62,944 nucleotides of DNA, filler included, from Octopus bimaculoides (GCF_001194135.2; 5 parts of 5 records of this genome joined end to end with filler, not necessarily neighbours in it), one strand, 5' to 3'. Shown: positions 1 through 32,530, numbered from the whole stretch's first letter. The notes: a model not told the origin generated them from the letters alone. A program made the numbers and translations.

Positions 1-99
1 ATATATATATATATATATATATATTATGTATATATATATATTATGTATATATATATATGTATATATATTTATGTGTGTGTGTTTTGTGCCTGTGTGATC

Positions 100-280
100 C
101 CCCACCATCACTTGACAACCGATGTTGGTGTGTTTATGTCACCAAAACTTGGCGGTTCAGCAAACGAGACCGAAAGAATAAGTACTAGGCTTAGAAAGAA
201 TTAGTCCTGGCGTCGATTTTTCGACAAAAGACTGTGTTCCAGCATGGTCGCAGTCGAATAACTGGAGCGTGTAAAAGAGT
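100..280 (+). mobile_element. SINE family C (other copies at about 8240-8420, 10905-11020, 19250-19360, 20740-20870, 28100-28280, 52225-52410, 55445-55600)
   Basis: Recurring ccccaccatcacttgacaacc..ggtgtgtttac..gcaaaagagaccgatagaataagtac..ccagcatggccgcagtc..tgactgaaacaagtaaaaga. Confidence 0.75.
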
Positions 281-1199
281 ATATATATATATATATAATT
301 GCAGCGTGGAAGGTGTTTATAAGCCATTTAAAGACACACAGAAATCCTTAGATTCACTTCAACATTTAAATTTGATTTGTCAAAATATTTTCGTCGCTTT
401 GAGACCGCGACCTGTTCACTGACAACATTCTGTGCTATATACGAGCGCGCGAACAAGTCCTTCATGAGTTTACCTGCTAAATACCACAAGACGTAAAAAT
501 TAAAATGTGCCCAAATTAACGGGAGATAACTTTGTATATTTATTTGGAGGTTATTTCCCTTGAACCAACTCGATTCTTTTTTTTTTTTTTTTTCGCTTTA
601 ACTTTTGTAAATTACTTTGCAGTTCAATCTATAGAAGTTATCGCAAGTTACCTATACGTCTTGTATCGTCATTATTGCAACTAAGTCACTTCATACAACT
701 TAACATTCGTCACTGTGTGGCAAAAAGTTTGTTCCTAACCACTTGGTTCCGGATTCAGTCCTACTGCGTGATACTTTGGGTATCTTGTACTATAAGCTTC
801 GGGATGGCTAATGTCTTGTGAATGGATCTATTAGATGGAAATTGAAAGCTCTTCGTGTGTGTGTGTGTGTATGTGTGTTAGTTTGTAACGTGTTTACATT
901 CATGAAACTTAAGTTCGATTCATTCGGTTAAAAATCATTCAAAGCAGTGCTCCAGCATGGACGCAATCTAATGGCTGAAACAAGTAAAAGACAAATTATA
1001 AATCTTTTTAATGACCCCTTCTCTTCTAAGGATGTCAGTATCAGTAATTCAGGCATCCAGTTCATCTTTTTGCTTTCCATGTTTCGTGAATAGGACTTCG
1101 GGATACTTAAACGTCTCCACTTACCGTTATTTTCAATTTGGTTTCTATCCTCCTCTATAGTCATAAACGTTGGGGAAGGATGCTGCAGTTAATATTCTA

Positions 1200-1568
1200 C
1201 TTGGCAGAATCGTTAGCACGCTGGGCAAAATACTTGGCAATATTTCGTCCGTCTTTACGTTCCGAGTTCAAATTCCGTTGAGATTGACTTTGCCTTTCAT
1301 TATTTCGCGGTCGATAAAATAAATACCTAGTTGAGCGCTGGTGTCGATCTAATCGACCTATCATTCCCACGAAATAGCTGGCCTTCTGCCAAACCTTGAA
1401 AGCAATATTTTTAAGGCGGCGTTCCGTGTTCAAATTCCGCCGAGATCCACTCTGCTTTTTATCCTTTCTGGGTCGATAAAACAAGTAACAGCCAAATACT
1501 GGAGTCGATGTAATCGACTTACTCCCTCCCCTAATCTTGCTGGCCTTGTGCCAAAATTTGAAACCAAT
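1200..1568 (+). mobile_element. Two head-to-tail copies of SINE family A (other copies at about 3260-3340, 6070-6290, 6710-6835, 13015-13200, 13390-13617, 27530-27740, 57790-57965)
   Basis: Recurring consensus ggcagaatcgttagcac..gagttcaaattccgccgag..ggtcgataaaataagtaccagttgag..ggtcgatgtaatcgact..ggccttgtgccaaaatttga. Confidence 0.75.
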
Positions 1569-1619
1569 AGTCTACCCTCCAGGCGTCTTTCCATGCATCT
1601 ACATGGAGGGAACAAATGA

Positions 1620-1667
1620 GATCGAGCAGTCTGGTTTCAATCCTCTGGTGGGATTTCATCAGTGATC
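1620..1667 (-). ncRNA. Degenerate type I hammerhead ribozyme motif
   Basis: Minus strand reads GAUC-A-CUGAUGA-AAUCC-CACCAGA-GGAUU-GAAA-CCAGACUG-CUC-GAUC. Both core boxes are intact with a perfect 5-bp stem II, a 4-bp stem I and a near-palindromic stem III. Confidence 0.6.
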
Positions 1668-2040
1668 GGATACCTTCCTTAATTATCCACGATCACTAAG
1701 CGTTTAAATAAATCAGATAGACCAATTAATGCAAATCGAACTAATCGATATATGTATTTATTGATAAAAGTGAAATTTATCATATAAATGAGACAATTCT
1801 ATCAATCCATATGTGTATGTGCGTGCATAAGTGTGTATGCGTGCGCGTACATGCATGTGTGTGTATGCGTATTCGCGACAACAACCAACGTAACATTGGC
1901 AAACTGAATTTTTCTTTAAAAGTAAGGCGTGACTGTATGCTAAGGAGTTTGCTTCTCAACCACATAGTTCCGGGTTCGAATTTGCATGTCAGTTGCTTGA
2001 TCCTAACCAGTTGAACATGTCCCTTAGTGGCTGATAATAT

Positions 2041-2214
2041 TGGACCAGACCTCGAGTGACATTATGAACAGGGTGATCAGTTTCACTCCGAAATGGGGCC
2101 CGAGAGGACGATAACATTGAAAGGTCTGGTAGAAGTTATATATTACCTTATATCGTCTCTCTATTTTGTTACTCTCTGACCCTCTAGTTTGCATTTGTGT
2201 AGTGTGGAGTGGTC
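2041..2214 (+). mobile_element. Tx1/L1-like LINE RT fragment, inverted copy of 4835-5008, running into a gap
   Basis: 171 of 174 nt identical to the reverse complement of 4835-5008 by manual alignment. Confidence 0.7.
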
Positions 2215-3789
2215 NNNNNNNNNNNNNNNNNNNNNNNNNNNNNNNNNNNNNNNNNNNNNNNNNNNNNNNNNNNNNNNNNNNNNNNNNNNNNNNNNNNNNN
2301 NNNNNNNNNNNNNNNNNNNNNNNNNNNNNNNNNNNNNNNNNNNNNNNNNNNNNNNNNNNNNNNNNNNNNNNNNNNNNNNNNNNNNNNNNNNNNNNNNNNN
2401 NNNNNNNNNNNNNNNNNNNNNNNNNNNNNNNNNNNNNNNNNNNNNNNNNNNNNNNNNNNNNNNNNNNNNNNNNNNNNNNNNNNNNNNNNNNNNNNNNNNN
2501 NNNNNNNNNNNNNNNNNNNNNNNNNNNNNNNNNNNNNNNNNNNNNNNNNNNNNNNNNNNNNNNNNNNNNNNNNNNNNNNNNNNNNNNNNNNNNNNNNNNN
2601 NNNNNNNNNNNNNNNNNNNNNNNNNNNNNNNNNNNNNNNNNNNNNNNNNNNNNNNNNNNNNNNNNNNNNNNNNNNNNNNNNNNNNNNNNNNNNNNNNNNN
2701 NNNNNNNNNNNNNNNNNNNNNNNNNNNNNNNNNNNNNNNNNNNNNNNNNNNNNNNNNNNNNNNNNNNNNNNNNNNNNNNNNNNNNNNNNNNNNNNNNNNN
2801 NNNNNNNNNNNNNNNNNNNNNNNNNNNNNNNNNNNNNNNNNNNNNNNNNTACTCAACCAGTTGTGAGTTAATTTTATTCTCGTGTGATAATGAAAAGTGA
2901 AACTGACAGCCAATATTTGCTGTGTCTATGTATGAATTGTCTCTCTCTCTCACTTTCTCTGTCGCTTCCTTTGTGTCCCTCTTCTCTCCCGCTTTTGATT
3001 AAACAATGTGTATATGTATCTATATATCTACATCTCTTGCGATGTGATAAACATTTAAAAACAAAACGAACGCCGTCACCACTCACTGTCTCTTTCACTC
3101 ACTCACTCTCTCTCTCTCCCTTTCTTTCACTTTTTCACACTATCTTTTTCTCTTACGTCTTCTCTGAAACATTTAAAAACACAAGGCGAACACCGTCACC
3201 ACTCACTGTCTCTTTCATTTTCTCTCACTCTCTTTTACTTCCTCTCTGAAACATTTGATCTCAGAACGTAGCGACGAGCGAAATACCGCTAAGCATTTCG
3301 TCCTGTGCGCTAACGATTCTACCAGCTCGCTGCCTTAATAACAACAACAATAACAATACTAATACTAATAATAATACTGATGATGATGATGATTTCTTTA
3401 TTAGGTACAAGCAAGAGCACAAAGGAAAGAGAACAGTGCAAAAAAGACAGGATACAAACATAGGAGTCTTAAGTCGAACGTAGAGATAGAAATCACCAAA
3501 AAAAAACTTCTAACAAAATTTCGCAATGAGAGAGGGGACAGCTGTTTGGGCCCAATTGAAGAAACCTCACAAAACCTGAATTACCTTAACTACGAAAGGC
3601 AAGTGCCCCCTCGGCTGCTTGGGCCCAATTGAGGAAACCCCACAAAACCTTGAATCAACTACTAAAAGGGCCCTCTCTATTTGTTGTCTTCTAGCCTTAC
3701 AGCTGCATGCTCAGAGTAGGTCCATTTATAAGTACCATGTTCACCATTCTCACTTTTCAAATAACTAATTGGGGGCTGCACCTCCCGCT

Positions 3790-5400
3790 TCATTCTCACC
3801 TTTTTCCGAGGGAAAACTGAAAGTGTATCTGTCTCTACACTCTAGTCTCACTCACCAGACAACTGCTTTCGCCAAAGCCAGTAAACGATGACTGTCTGCG
3901 CTTTCCGAACAACGGAAGGTGGTAGGGAGGGGGTAGAAATCTTAATGAAAGATTCGTCTGATAAGCAAACCGTTCGACCCACGACAACAGCTATATTTGA
4001 CAAAAATTCACAAACCAATAATGCTCAGATACTGAAAGAGTACGTATAAAATAGTTTCGTTGGTCTGCTCACATTTGATACAGACTCATCTAGCAGCATT
4101 TCCAGGTTTGTAGAGTTTGTCTTGAATTAGTAATATCTGCCACTAACAGCACCATGTCAAGGATTTCTTGAATTCATCCATATTTCCTGAGTTGAACGTT
4201 TTCTGTACCAAACCGACCAAGTCTTGTCGATGCCTAGTGTTACCCCAAAAACTTCGTTGCCCTCTTTCATTACTCGTCCTCTGGAGAACGCTTGACATTT
4301 CATACCCGTAGGCCAAGTACCGAGTCTTGAGCTTTGCTTAACACAGGATTGCAGCTCTGTCAAGGAGACGAGCTATGAAAAGATGTTCCTGCCAAAAGGT
4401 AGCCACATCTGCTCACCGTCTACGAATCTTGTGTTGTANNNNNNNNNNCATATTCAATGACAATTAATAAGGCTGAAGGGCAAACATTTGAAAAAGTTGG
4501 AATACATTTGCCTCAACCTGTATTTTCTCATGGCCAATTATATGTTGCATTTTCAAGAGCACGAGCTATGAACGATATCAAAGTAAGAGTTATGACACTC
4601 GATTGGGATAACAGACAAGGCCAAAACTGTCAAGGAGACGAGCTATGAAAAGATGTTTCTGCCAAAAGGTAGCCACATCTGCTCACCGTCTACGAATCTT
4701 GTGTTGTAGCCACAGCACGTTAGTGCATCATCATCCACAGCATATTGAACCTCCCATGTAAGGAAGGAGTGAGAGTAAATGGACTGACTGCCTGAGCAAA
4801 GGAACACGTCCCTTCCACAAAAAGCCAAGGAGCAGACCACTCCACACTACACAAATGCAAACTAGATGGTCAGAGAGTAACAAAATAGAGAGACGATAAA
4901 AGGTAATATATAACTTCTACCAGACCTTTCAATGTTATCGTCCTCTCGGGCCCCATTTCGGGGTGAAACTGATCACCCTGTTCATAATGTCACTCGAGGT
5001 CTGGTCCAAACGAGACTCCAATCGACGAAACCGAACCATTCATCCATTGGCCAACGACGCTGGATGAACAATCTGGTCTTGCTTCTCGAAGTACCAAACC
5101 GCAAGCCCACTGGCTCATACGGATTCATCTCTGCCCTGGTCCAAGTCGCATTCCTTTAAAAGGGATAATAGATAGCTACAAGTCTGAAGGCATGCCTTCA
5201 CTACAGCTCACTTCCAGGACCACCAACGTATCATCCAGATCTAGGAAGTATATCAGTACTTCGAAATCCAGGCTTTTCTAGACCGACTAAGAGAAGCATA
5301 TACTGATGGGCATGAGAGCATGCATCCAGGCCTCGCAATATCTATTATCCAGTAACCTGAGGTCGTTTGTTAAATGTCAGATGTACTATAAGTACCATTT
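3790..5400 (-). mobile_element. Decayed Tx1/L1-clade non-LTR retrotransposon ORF2 (RT remnants plus C-terminal zinc knuckle)
   Basis: Frameshifted remnants: PG..PYE, GVISFTPK, LRQSVHLLSLL (cf. VRQGCPLSPLL), QYAVDD (cf. YADD), LIQDKLYKPG..CIKC..ETILYV (zf-RVT-like), LLALAKAVVW*VR. Confidence 0.6.
4449..4590 (+). mobile_element. Helitron PIF1-like helicase fragment (motifs V-VI)
   Basis: [36 protein letters not shown] is the characteristic Helitron helicase C-terminus. Confidence 0.85.
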
Positions 5401-6023
5401 TCCACTGAATACTACCATGGCAGCAGGAAAATGGTGAGAGAATCTATTTACTTTTGGTTGAAAAACAATCTGGTTTACATAGCGTTCAGGGATTACTTGA
5501 AGGCTCCACTTAGAAGTCTTCAGATCTCATTATTTGAGAGAAGATCCCAAATTCTGTTAATAGTTCATCATTTAATCTATTTTAATGAGTTGTAGTGTTT
5601 GTGGCAACAGCAGAGTTGTTTTTGTCATTCTGCTACTGTAGTACTTTTCATTTGGTGTGTAATTGTACTTGTTATCGTTACGGTTGTTGAGGCTGACACT
5701 TGTTACAGAGGTGGGGTGGGTATTAATATTTTAACTTTGGCCTATCGCAGGAGGAAAACATTCATACAAATAGTTCCATTTTCCTCTCAAAGCGCCCCAC
5801 ACTGACCCCTCTGGCTACAGTCTAATATTGTGTTCAAAATAAAAAGTTTCAGAAAGATCTCAAATTTTGGCTCCAAGGGAACAAAAATCAGAGGAAACGA
5901 CTAGTCATTTACAGTTGTGATTGGTTCTACAACAATGAATAACACAATTTATCACTAATAGAAAAGACAAAATATTTTTAAACTTAAGGATAAAAAGGTA
6001 AGACATCTTATTTGGCAAAAAGC

Positions 6024-6071
<48 letters not shown>

Positions 6072-6284
6072 CCTTTCTACTGAAGGCACAAGGCCTGAAA
6101 TCTTGAGGGAGGGAAGTAGTCGATTATGCCGACCCGTGTTCAACTGGTACTTATTTTATCGACCCCCAAAAGGATGAAAGGTAAAGTCAACCTCGGCAGA
6201 ATTTGGACTCAGAAAGTAGTGACAGACGAGAAATACCACTGAGCATTTCACCTGGCATGCTAACAATTCTGCCAGCTTGCTGCC

Positions 6285-6333
<49 letters not shown>

Positions 6334-6334
6334 C

Positions 6335-6368
<34 letters not shown>

Positions 6369-6867
6369 TAAAAAAACTTTTTTAAAAAAACATTTTAATA
6401 TCTATACAAGACTGGGTAAACCCAGAATGTTCTCCAAAGTGGATGTGATTATTTTATTTAATTATATGTATGTATCTATCTATCAACATACATGTGTGTC
6501 TGTATGTGTGCATGTTTATATAAGTTTCTTTCCAGTTGTCAGAAAAGGACGAAGATATCCAGAAACCATAAATATATCTGTGACAGCTGTAGGTAACGTC
6601 TAAAAGAGGTGGCCGACGCTAAGGTTCCTAGGTTTTCTAGCTGCAATAATAAAGCAAATATTACAAGAATTATAATGTGAAACAACAACTAAAATAACAA
6701 ACAATGATCTCTAATACTGGCACAAGGTCAGAAATTTTCGAAAATGTTTTGATTTCCGTAGTTAACTGGTACTTATTTTATCAACTTTGTAAGGACGAAA
6801 TACAAAGTTTACCCAAGTAGAATTTCAACTCAGTGTTTGTTAGGAGAAATTAAATTATTTTTCAGCA

Positions 6868-7575
6868 TACAAGTCAAATTTTTAAAACCAACATTTATAA
6901 CCAAAAAAAGTGGCTGACCTATACACCAAAATGATACTGAAGACCAAATATGCCATTGTGAAATGCAGTAGGATTTTGAAAGTTGGTGACAATGTTTGGA
7001 TGTTTGCAAAATATAGTATGTCGACTTGTAGGCAAGAAAACACATTGTGTGTGTGTGTGAAGTTTTCCAGTACACAAGTCAAATTTTTCAGACCAACATT
7101 TAAAAATTTGTGAAAGCAAGTGGCTTATTAGTTAGGGTATTTGGCTTAAGGTCATAAGTTCAATTCCCGGTGGTGTGCTGTGCCCTTGATCAAGGCACTT
7201 TATTTCACGTTGCTCTCATCCACTCAGCTGGCAAAAATGAGTTGTACCTGTAATTCGAAGGAAACAGCTTTGTACGTTAAAGGTATGCATGTCTGTGGAG
7301 TGCTCAGCCACTTTCACGTTAATTTCATGAGCAGGCTGTTCCGTTTATAGGATTGATTGGAACACTCGTCATCATAACCGACATGGTGTCATTTAGTTAA
7401 ATATGTATCGAATTTTCCAGCACACAAGTCAAATTTTTCAGACTAAAATTTACAGTCAAAAAGATAGATCAACTTATACACCAAGATGATATGGAAGACC
7501 AAATATTCCACTGTGAAATGCTGTAAGATTTGGAAACATTTGATTATGTTTTGATGCTTACACTATATACTACGT
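6868..7575 (+). repeat. Degenerate ~205-nt tandem repeat interrupted by a SINE
   Basis: acaagtcaaattttt(a/c)a(a/g)ac at about 6868, 7073 and 7422, with homologous continuations. Confidence 0.6.
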
Positions 7576-7577
7576 TG

Positions 7578-7935
7578 GTGTGAAGCACATGGCTCAGTGG
7601 TTACAGCATCAGGCTCACAATCATGAGGTAGTGAGTTCGAATCCCGGAGAGGGCTGTGTTTTGTGTTCTTGAACAAGACACTATCTCACATTGCTTCAGT
7701 GCATTCAGCAGTAGAAATGAGTCACAACATCACTGGTGCCAAACTGTATTGGTCCTTGCGTTTCCCTTGGATAACATCAGTGGCGTGGAGAGTTGAGACT
7801 GATATGTATGGGCGACTGCTAGTCTTCCATAAACAACCTTGCCCAGACTTGTGCCTCGGAGGGAAACTTTCTAGGTGCAATCCCATAGAGGTTCATGATT
7901 GAAGTGGGGGGGAGGGTCTTTACCCTTTTACCCTC
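7578..7935 (+). mobile_element. tRNA-derived SINE family E (other copies at about 7130-7400, 10040-10310, 22130-22410, 28470-28800)
   Basis: Pol III A box tggctcagtgg and B box gagttcgaatcc, followed by a shared body gtgttcttgaacaagacact..aggtgcaatcccat..catgattgaag. Confidence 0.75.
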
Positions 7936-8920
7936 ATTGACTTGTATACCAGGAGATTCCAGTGGACCAAAAAACTTATTCAAAAAATTTTATGAAACTT
8001 GATGCTATAAAATGCCAACTCTTGTGAGGTTAAGAGGATAACTTTTGATCAAATAGCCATGAGGTCAAATATTAACACAAACATACACATAACAGCCATT
8101 GTGTTGTACTCCTGAGAATTCTGAGATTAACAGTTACTGATTCCAGAATGATTCAATAAAAACAACTATTTTATCTCTTCCAAAAGATGAATCTTAACAT
8201 CCTTCTTTTATCAACCATTTGGATTTGTTCTGGAAGTTTTCAATATCTTTTACTTGTTTCAGTCATTAGACTGTGGCCATGCTGGAGAACCACCTTGAAG
8301 AACAAAGGAAGTGACCCCCCCCCCACCACCGTATATTTTTTTTAAAGCCTGGTACTTATTCTATCAGTCTCTTTTGCCAAGCCCCCAAGTTACAGGGACA
8401 TAGACACACCAACAGAAAGACACAAACACACACACACATATATATATATATATGCATGACAGGCTTCTTTCAGTTTCCGTCTACCAAATCCATTCACATG
8501 GCTTAGGCCAGCACAAGGCAATAGTAGAAGACACTTGCCCAAGGTACTATGCAGTGGGACTGACTCCAGAACCATGTGGTGGGGAAGCAAACTTCTTACC
8601 ACACAGCCATGCTTCATAATCATCATCACTTAATATTCACTTTCCATGCTGGCATGGGTTGGATGGTCTGACAAACTGGTAAACCAGATAGCTGCACCAG
8701 GTTCCAGTCTGATTTGGCATGGTTTCTATGGTTGGATGCTCCTCCTAATGCTAATGCCTATAGCTACAGTTTTTCTTTTTTTTTTCAATTTTAAAAGAAA
8801 AGCTAGCATCACCCATAACCTTTACAGCCCTCCCCTACACTGGCAGGTGTTTGATGTGGTGGATGCACTTTAAAAGAGGACAGACAGCACACTAGTGAAG
8901 TCACTGCTGTGGTATGTGGC

Positions 8921-8926
8921 TTTAAT
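8921..8926 (-). terminator. Possible SDHA polyadenylation signal (ATTAAA)
   Basis: tttaat on plus = ATTAAA on minus, about 95 nt after the stop; AT-rich context makes chance occurrence likely. Confidence 0.25.
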
Positions 8927-9018
8927 CTGATCTCTGCACCTTAGGGATTAAATATGAAACTGAAAATGACAAAGAGGTGTAAATAAAGCAGTTGAGTAAA
9001 AGAAACTTACAAAATAAC

Positions 9019-29122
<20,104 letters not shown>

Positions 29123-30814
29123 CTGAAAAGAGAATATTAAAAAAAAATAAGTTACATTCACTTTAACTGCCAGCTAAAAATGACCCACCTCACCCTTTAG
29201 TTATTAATAGTAATGCACCCCGGCGTTGCCCAGGTGTTATGACGTATAGCCACGTTGTATTACTTGTTCCTTTCTTATGGGAAGAATTGGCACGTGAGAA
29301 GTACGAAGCAAACAACTCTTCCTCATAAACATGTTTTTCAGTCATTTTCCGATGAACAACGCTGCAGTTTCCATCTACCAAATTCAGTCACAAGTCTGTG
29401 GTTGGCCTAAGGCTGTAGAAGAAAACACTTGCCCAAAGTACCATGCAGAGGGACTGAACATGGAACCATGTGGTTGGGAAGTAAACTTCTCAACCACACA
29501 GTCATTCTTGCACCTAATGTGTGTGTGTGTTTGTTTACATTTGTTGTTAAATCAAGTATTGTGTCCCACTATGTCTCAAAGTTAGCAGTTATCAAGCAGA
29601 GATATATAAAATAAATGTCAGATTGAAATTTTTGAAGGTAGCACCCAATCATGGCGACAATCGAAAGACTACCCAGTAAAATAATGTTTAAAGACTCAAT
29701 GGCTTCAAATTTAAGGTAATGGATTACTAACCACAAGATAATGACTTCATATTGCACTTCCACTCTATATGATAACACTATATGTACAGCTCAGTCTACT
29801 TGACTTCCAACAATTAAGAATTGTAATTTGAAGTCGAATGGTTAGCAGTAAGAAAGATGTCCAAATTTCTTTAAAAATTATTGTTCAAAATATGAGAGAA
29901 AGTATTTTTTGCACCACAACAAAACACACACACAGAGGTGTGTCTGTGGTCACTTGAGTTACTACTAATAGCAGTCAAATCTCTCTTAAAACACACCTTT
30001 TCATCAAAAGAAAGGCAGAGATTTACTGTATTTCAGAAAGAAAAACAAAACTATACAATGAGTCTGCTTCACCAGAGGCAACTCTAGGCTAAACAAAATA
30101 ACGAACTTCACATTAAAAGATTATCCACTAAATAATTCCTTGGTAAAACACCATGTATTTTAAACATTTCTCATTATGCTTTTATCGTTCAGGCAGAGTT
30201 GTCTCCCTTAGCTAAAAACCTCAAAAGTGCACAACTTGACCTCACATTTGAGGTTATTTTTGTAGTAAAAAAGAGTCGTGTAAAAAAACATGCTTTATTT
30301 GGTGGCCAAAAGATCACTGAATCTTTTGCTACCTTCTACGTCAAAATTGGCAACTTAGTTTTTGAATCCATAAGACACACACACAAGCTCTGTTTTATAT
30401 ATTAAGATTACAACACATGGTGCTAACAATTTTCTGATAGCAAAAGCAACAACATATATGTATTGGGAAACATTTTGAATATGCATATAAAAGATATTTT
30501 ATTATGCCAACTACAGCTTAATGATGCTAACTGGCAATACCTTCTACTCATGCTCACCAAATACACACAGAAATGCCCACATACCCCAATCAACCTTTCC
30601 ATCTCAGTTAAGCATCTGTTAGTGTTATTTTGCCCAAAGAAAGGAATGCATGAACATGATCTACCCAGTGTTCATGGATACTATGGAGTGTACTGTAATC
30701 ATCCCACGAATATGGACTATGATCTTAAGGAACATGTGATTTGTGGAAACGTGTAGCAATGCATTAAAATATTTATAAATTTCATCCAAGGATTATTATT
30801 AATATTATTACTAT

Positions 30815-31122
30815 CATCATCATCATCATCATCGTTTAATGTCCGCTTTCCATGCTAGCATGGGTTGGACGATTTGACTGAGGATTGGTGAACCAGGTGG
30901 CTACACCAGGCTCCAATCTGATTTGGCAGTGTTTCTACAGCTGGATGCCCTTCCTAACGCCAACCACTCCGAGAGTGTAGTGGGTGCTTTTACGTGCCAC
31001 CGGCACGAGGGCCAGTCAGGCGGTACTGGCAACGGCCACACTCAAAATGGTGTATTTTACGTACCACCTGCACAGGAGCCAGTCCAGCGGCACTGGCAAC
31101 GATCTCAATTCGAATGTCTTTT
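30815..31122 (+). mobile_element. Family D copy, truncated by a gap
   Basis: Same consensus as 10331-10840. Confidence 0.8.
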
Positions 31123-31222
31123 NNNNNNNNNNNNNNNNNNNNNNNNNNNNNNNNNNNNNNNNNNNNTTAATTAATTAANNNNNNNNNNNNNNNNNNNNNN
31201 NNNNNNNNNNNNNNNNNNNNNN
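31123..31222. other. Assembly join: 44 N + TTAATTAATTAA + 44 N (same at 44657-44756, 55292-55391, 61560-61659)
   Basis: Identical 100-nt layout four times; the 12-mer gives stops in all six frames. Confidence 0.95.
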
Positions 31223-31394
31223 ATATATATATATACATGTTTATAAATATATATATATATATGTATAACATTTATTAATGAGGGTAGAAATTGATATTAA
31301 TCAATTAAAACCAGTGGTCTAGAATATTAAAAAATATCAGAAGATCTAATATTTGTATTAAGGTATATGTGTGAGAAGTTTTGATTAAAAAGGA

Positions 31395-32530
31395 GGGAGG
31401 TGCATTGGAGCTTTATGAACCTAGAGAAGGTATATGTGCGTGTGGGTAGGGATGCAATGTGACAGGTGTTGTCTTTGTATGCAGTAGATGGTAGATTGTT
31501 GAGAACTATACAGACATTTTATAGAGAATGTAGGGCGTGCGTTAGGGTGGGTGGTGAAGTAAGTGAGTGGTTTGATATGAAGGTGGGTTTAAGACAGAGT
31601 TGTGAGATATTCCTGTGGATGTTTAATTTATATATCGATGGTGTGGTGAGAGAGGTAAATGCTAGAACATTTGGTAGGGGAGAACAAATAGTAGGATAAA
31701 ACGGAGAGAAATGGTAGGTGATTAAGTTGTTGCTTGCTGATGATACAGCACTGGTGGCGAATTCAGAAGAGCATTTGAGGAGACTGGTGGTAGAGTTTGG
31801 AAGATTGTGTGAGAGAAGGAATCTGAAAGTGAATATAGCTAAGTGTAAGGTGGTGAAGGATTCGAGAGATAACATGGCTGGTAGGATGTATGTGAATATA
31901 AATGGTGAGATGTTAGAGGACGTGAGTGATTTTAAGTACCTGAAATTACATGTGACGGCGGATGGGGGGCTCGGTGAGGAATTAGAATATGGTGTGAGGG
32001 AGGAGAGTAAGATACCTGGAGTTGTGAAAAGTATGCTGAGAGATAAAAAGGTTGAGTATGAAAGCGAAAAGAAGTGGGTATGAGGGCGTGATTGTGCCCA
32101 GAAAGTTATATGGTCCAGAGACGTAGAGGTGGGGGGCAAGAGAGACGGAAATGAGGCGACTAGATGTGTTTGAGATGAGATTTCTGAGGGCTATGGTTGG
32201 TGTCACATAGATGGACAGGATGAGGAACGAGGAGATGCAAAGGCGAGCACGAATGAGAAAAAACTATCTAGCAAAATGGATAGACGAATGTTGAGGTGGT
32301 TTTGTCAAATGGAGAAGTTGGATGAGGCACAGGTGGTAGGCAATAGAACCAGAGGCAAGCCTCGGTTTGTGTGGATGGAATGAGTGAGGAAAACTTTGGT
32401 GGTTAGAGGTGTTGGAGTGAGAGAAGCAAAAAGGTTTATAAATGGCAAGAAAACTTAGAGATTGTTTGTCGACGGGTGAGTGAATTTGATGTTCCTGAAA
32501 GGGGTACGGAACTAGCATGATGCGGCGGGG
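31395..32530 (+). mobile_element. Decayed RTE-clade LINE (RT domain to 3' end)
   Basis: VGLRQSCEIFLWMFNLYID, LLLADDTALVA, LKVNIAKCKVV, FKYL, LYGPET, FEMRFLR..DRMRNEEM, LRWF, RGKPRFVW, with stops and frameshifts. Confidence 0.85.

Noticed and set aside
2024-2953. Long ORFs spanning N runs (also 32.5, 34, 38, 42 and 52.4 kb)
   Set aside because: Open only because N codons cannot be stops.
31167-31178. TTAATTAATTAA palindrome repeated four times (also 44701, 55336, 61604)
   Set aside because: Always centred in exactly 44 N on each side and encodes stops in all six frames: an assembly spacer, not biology.
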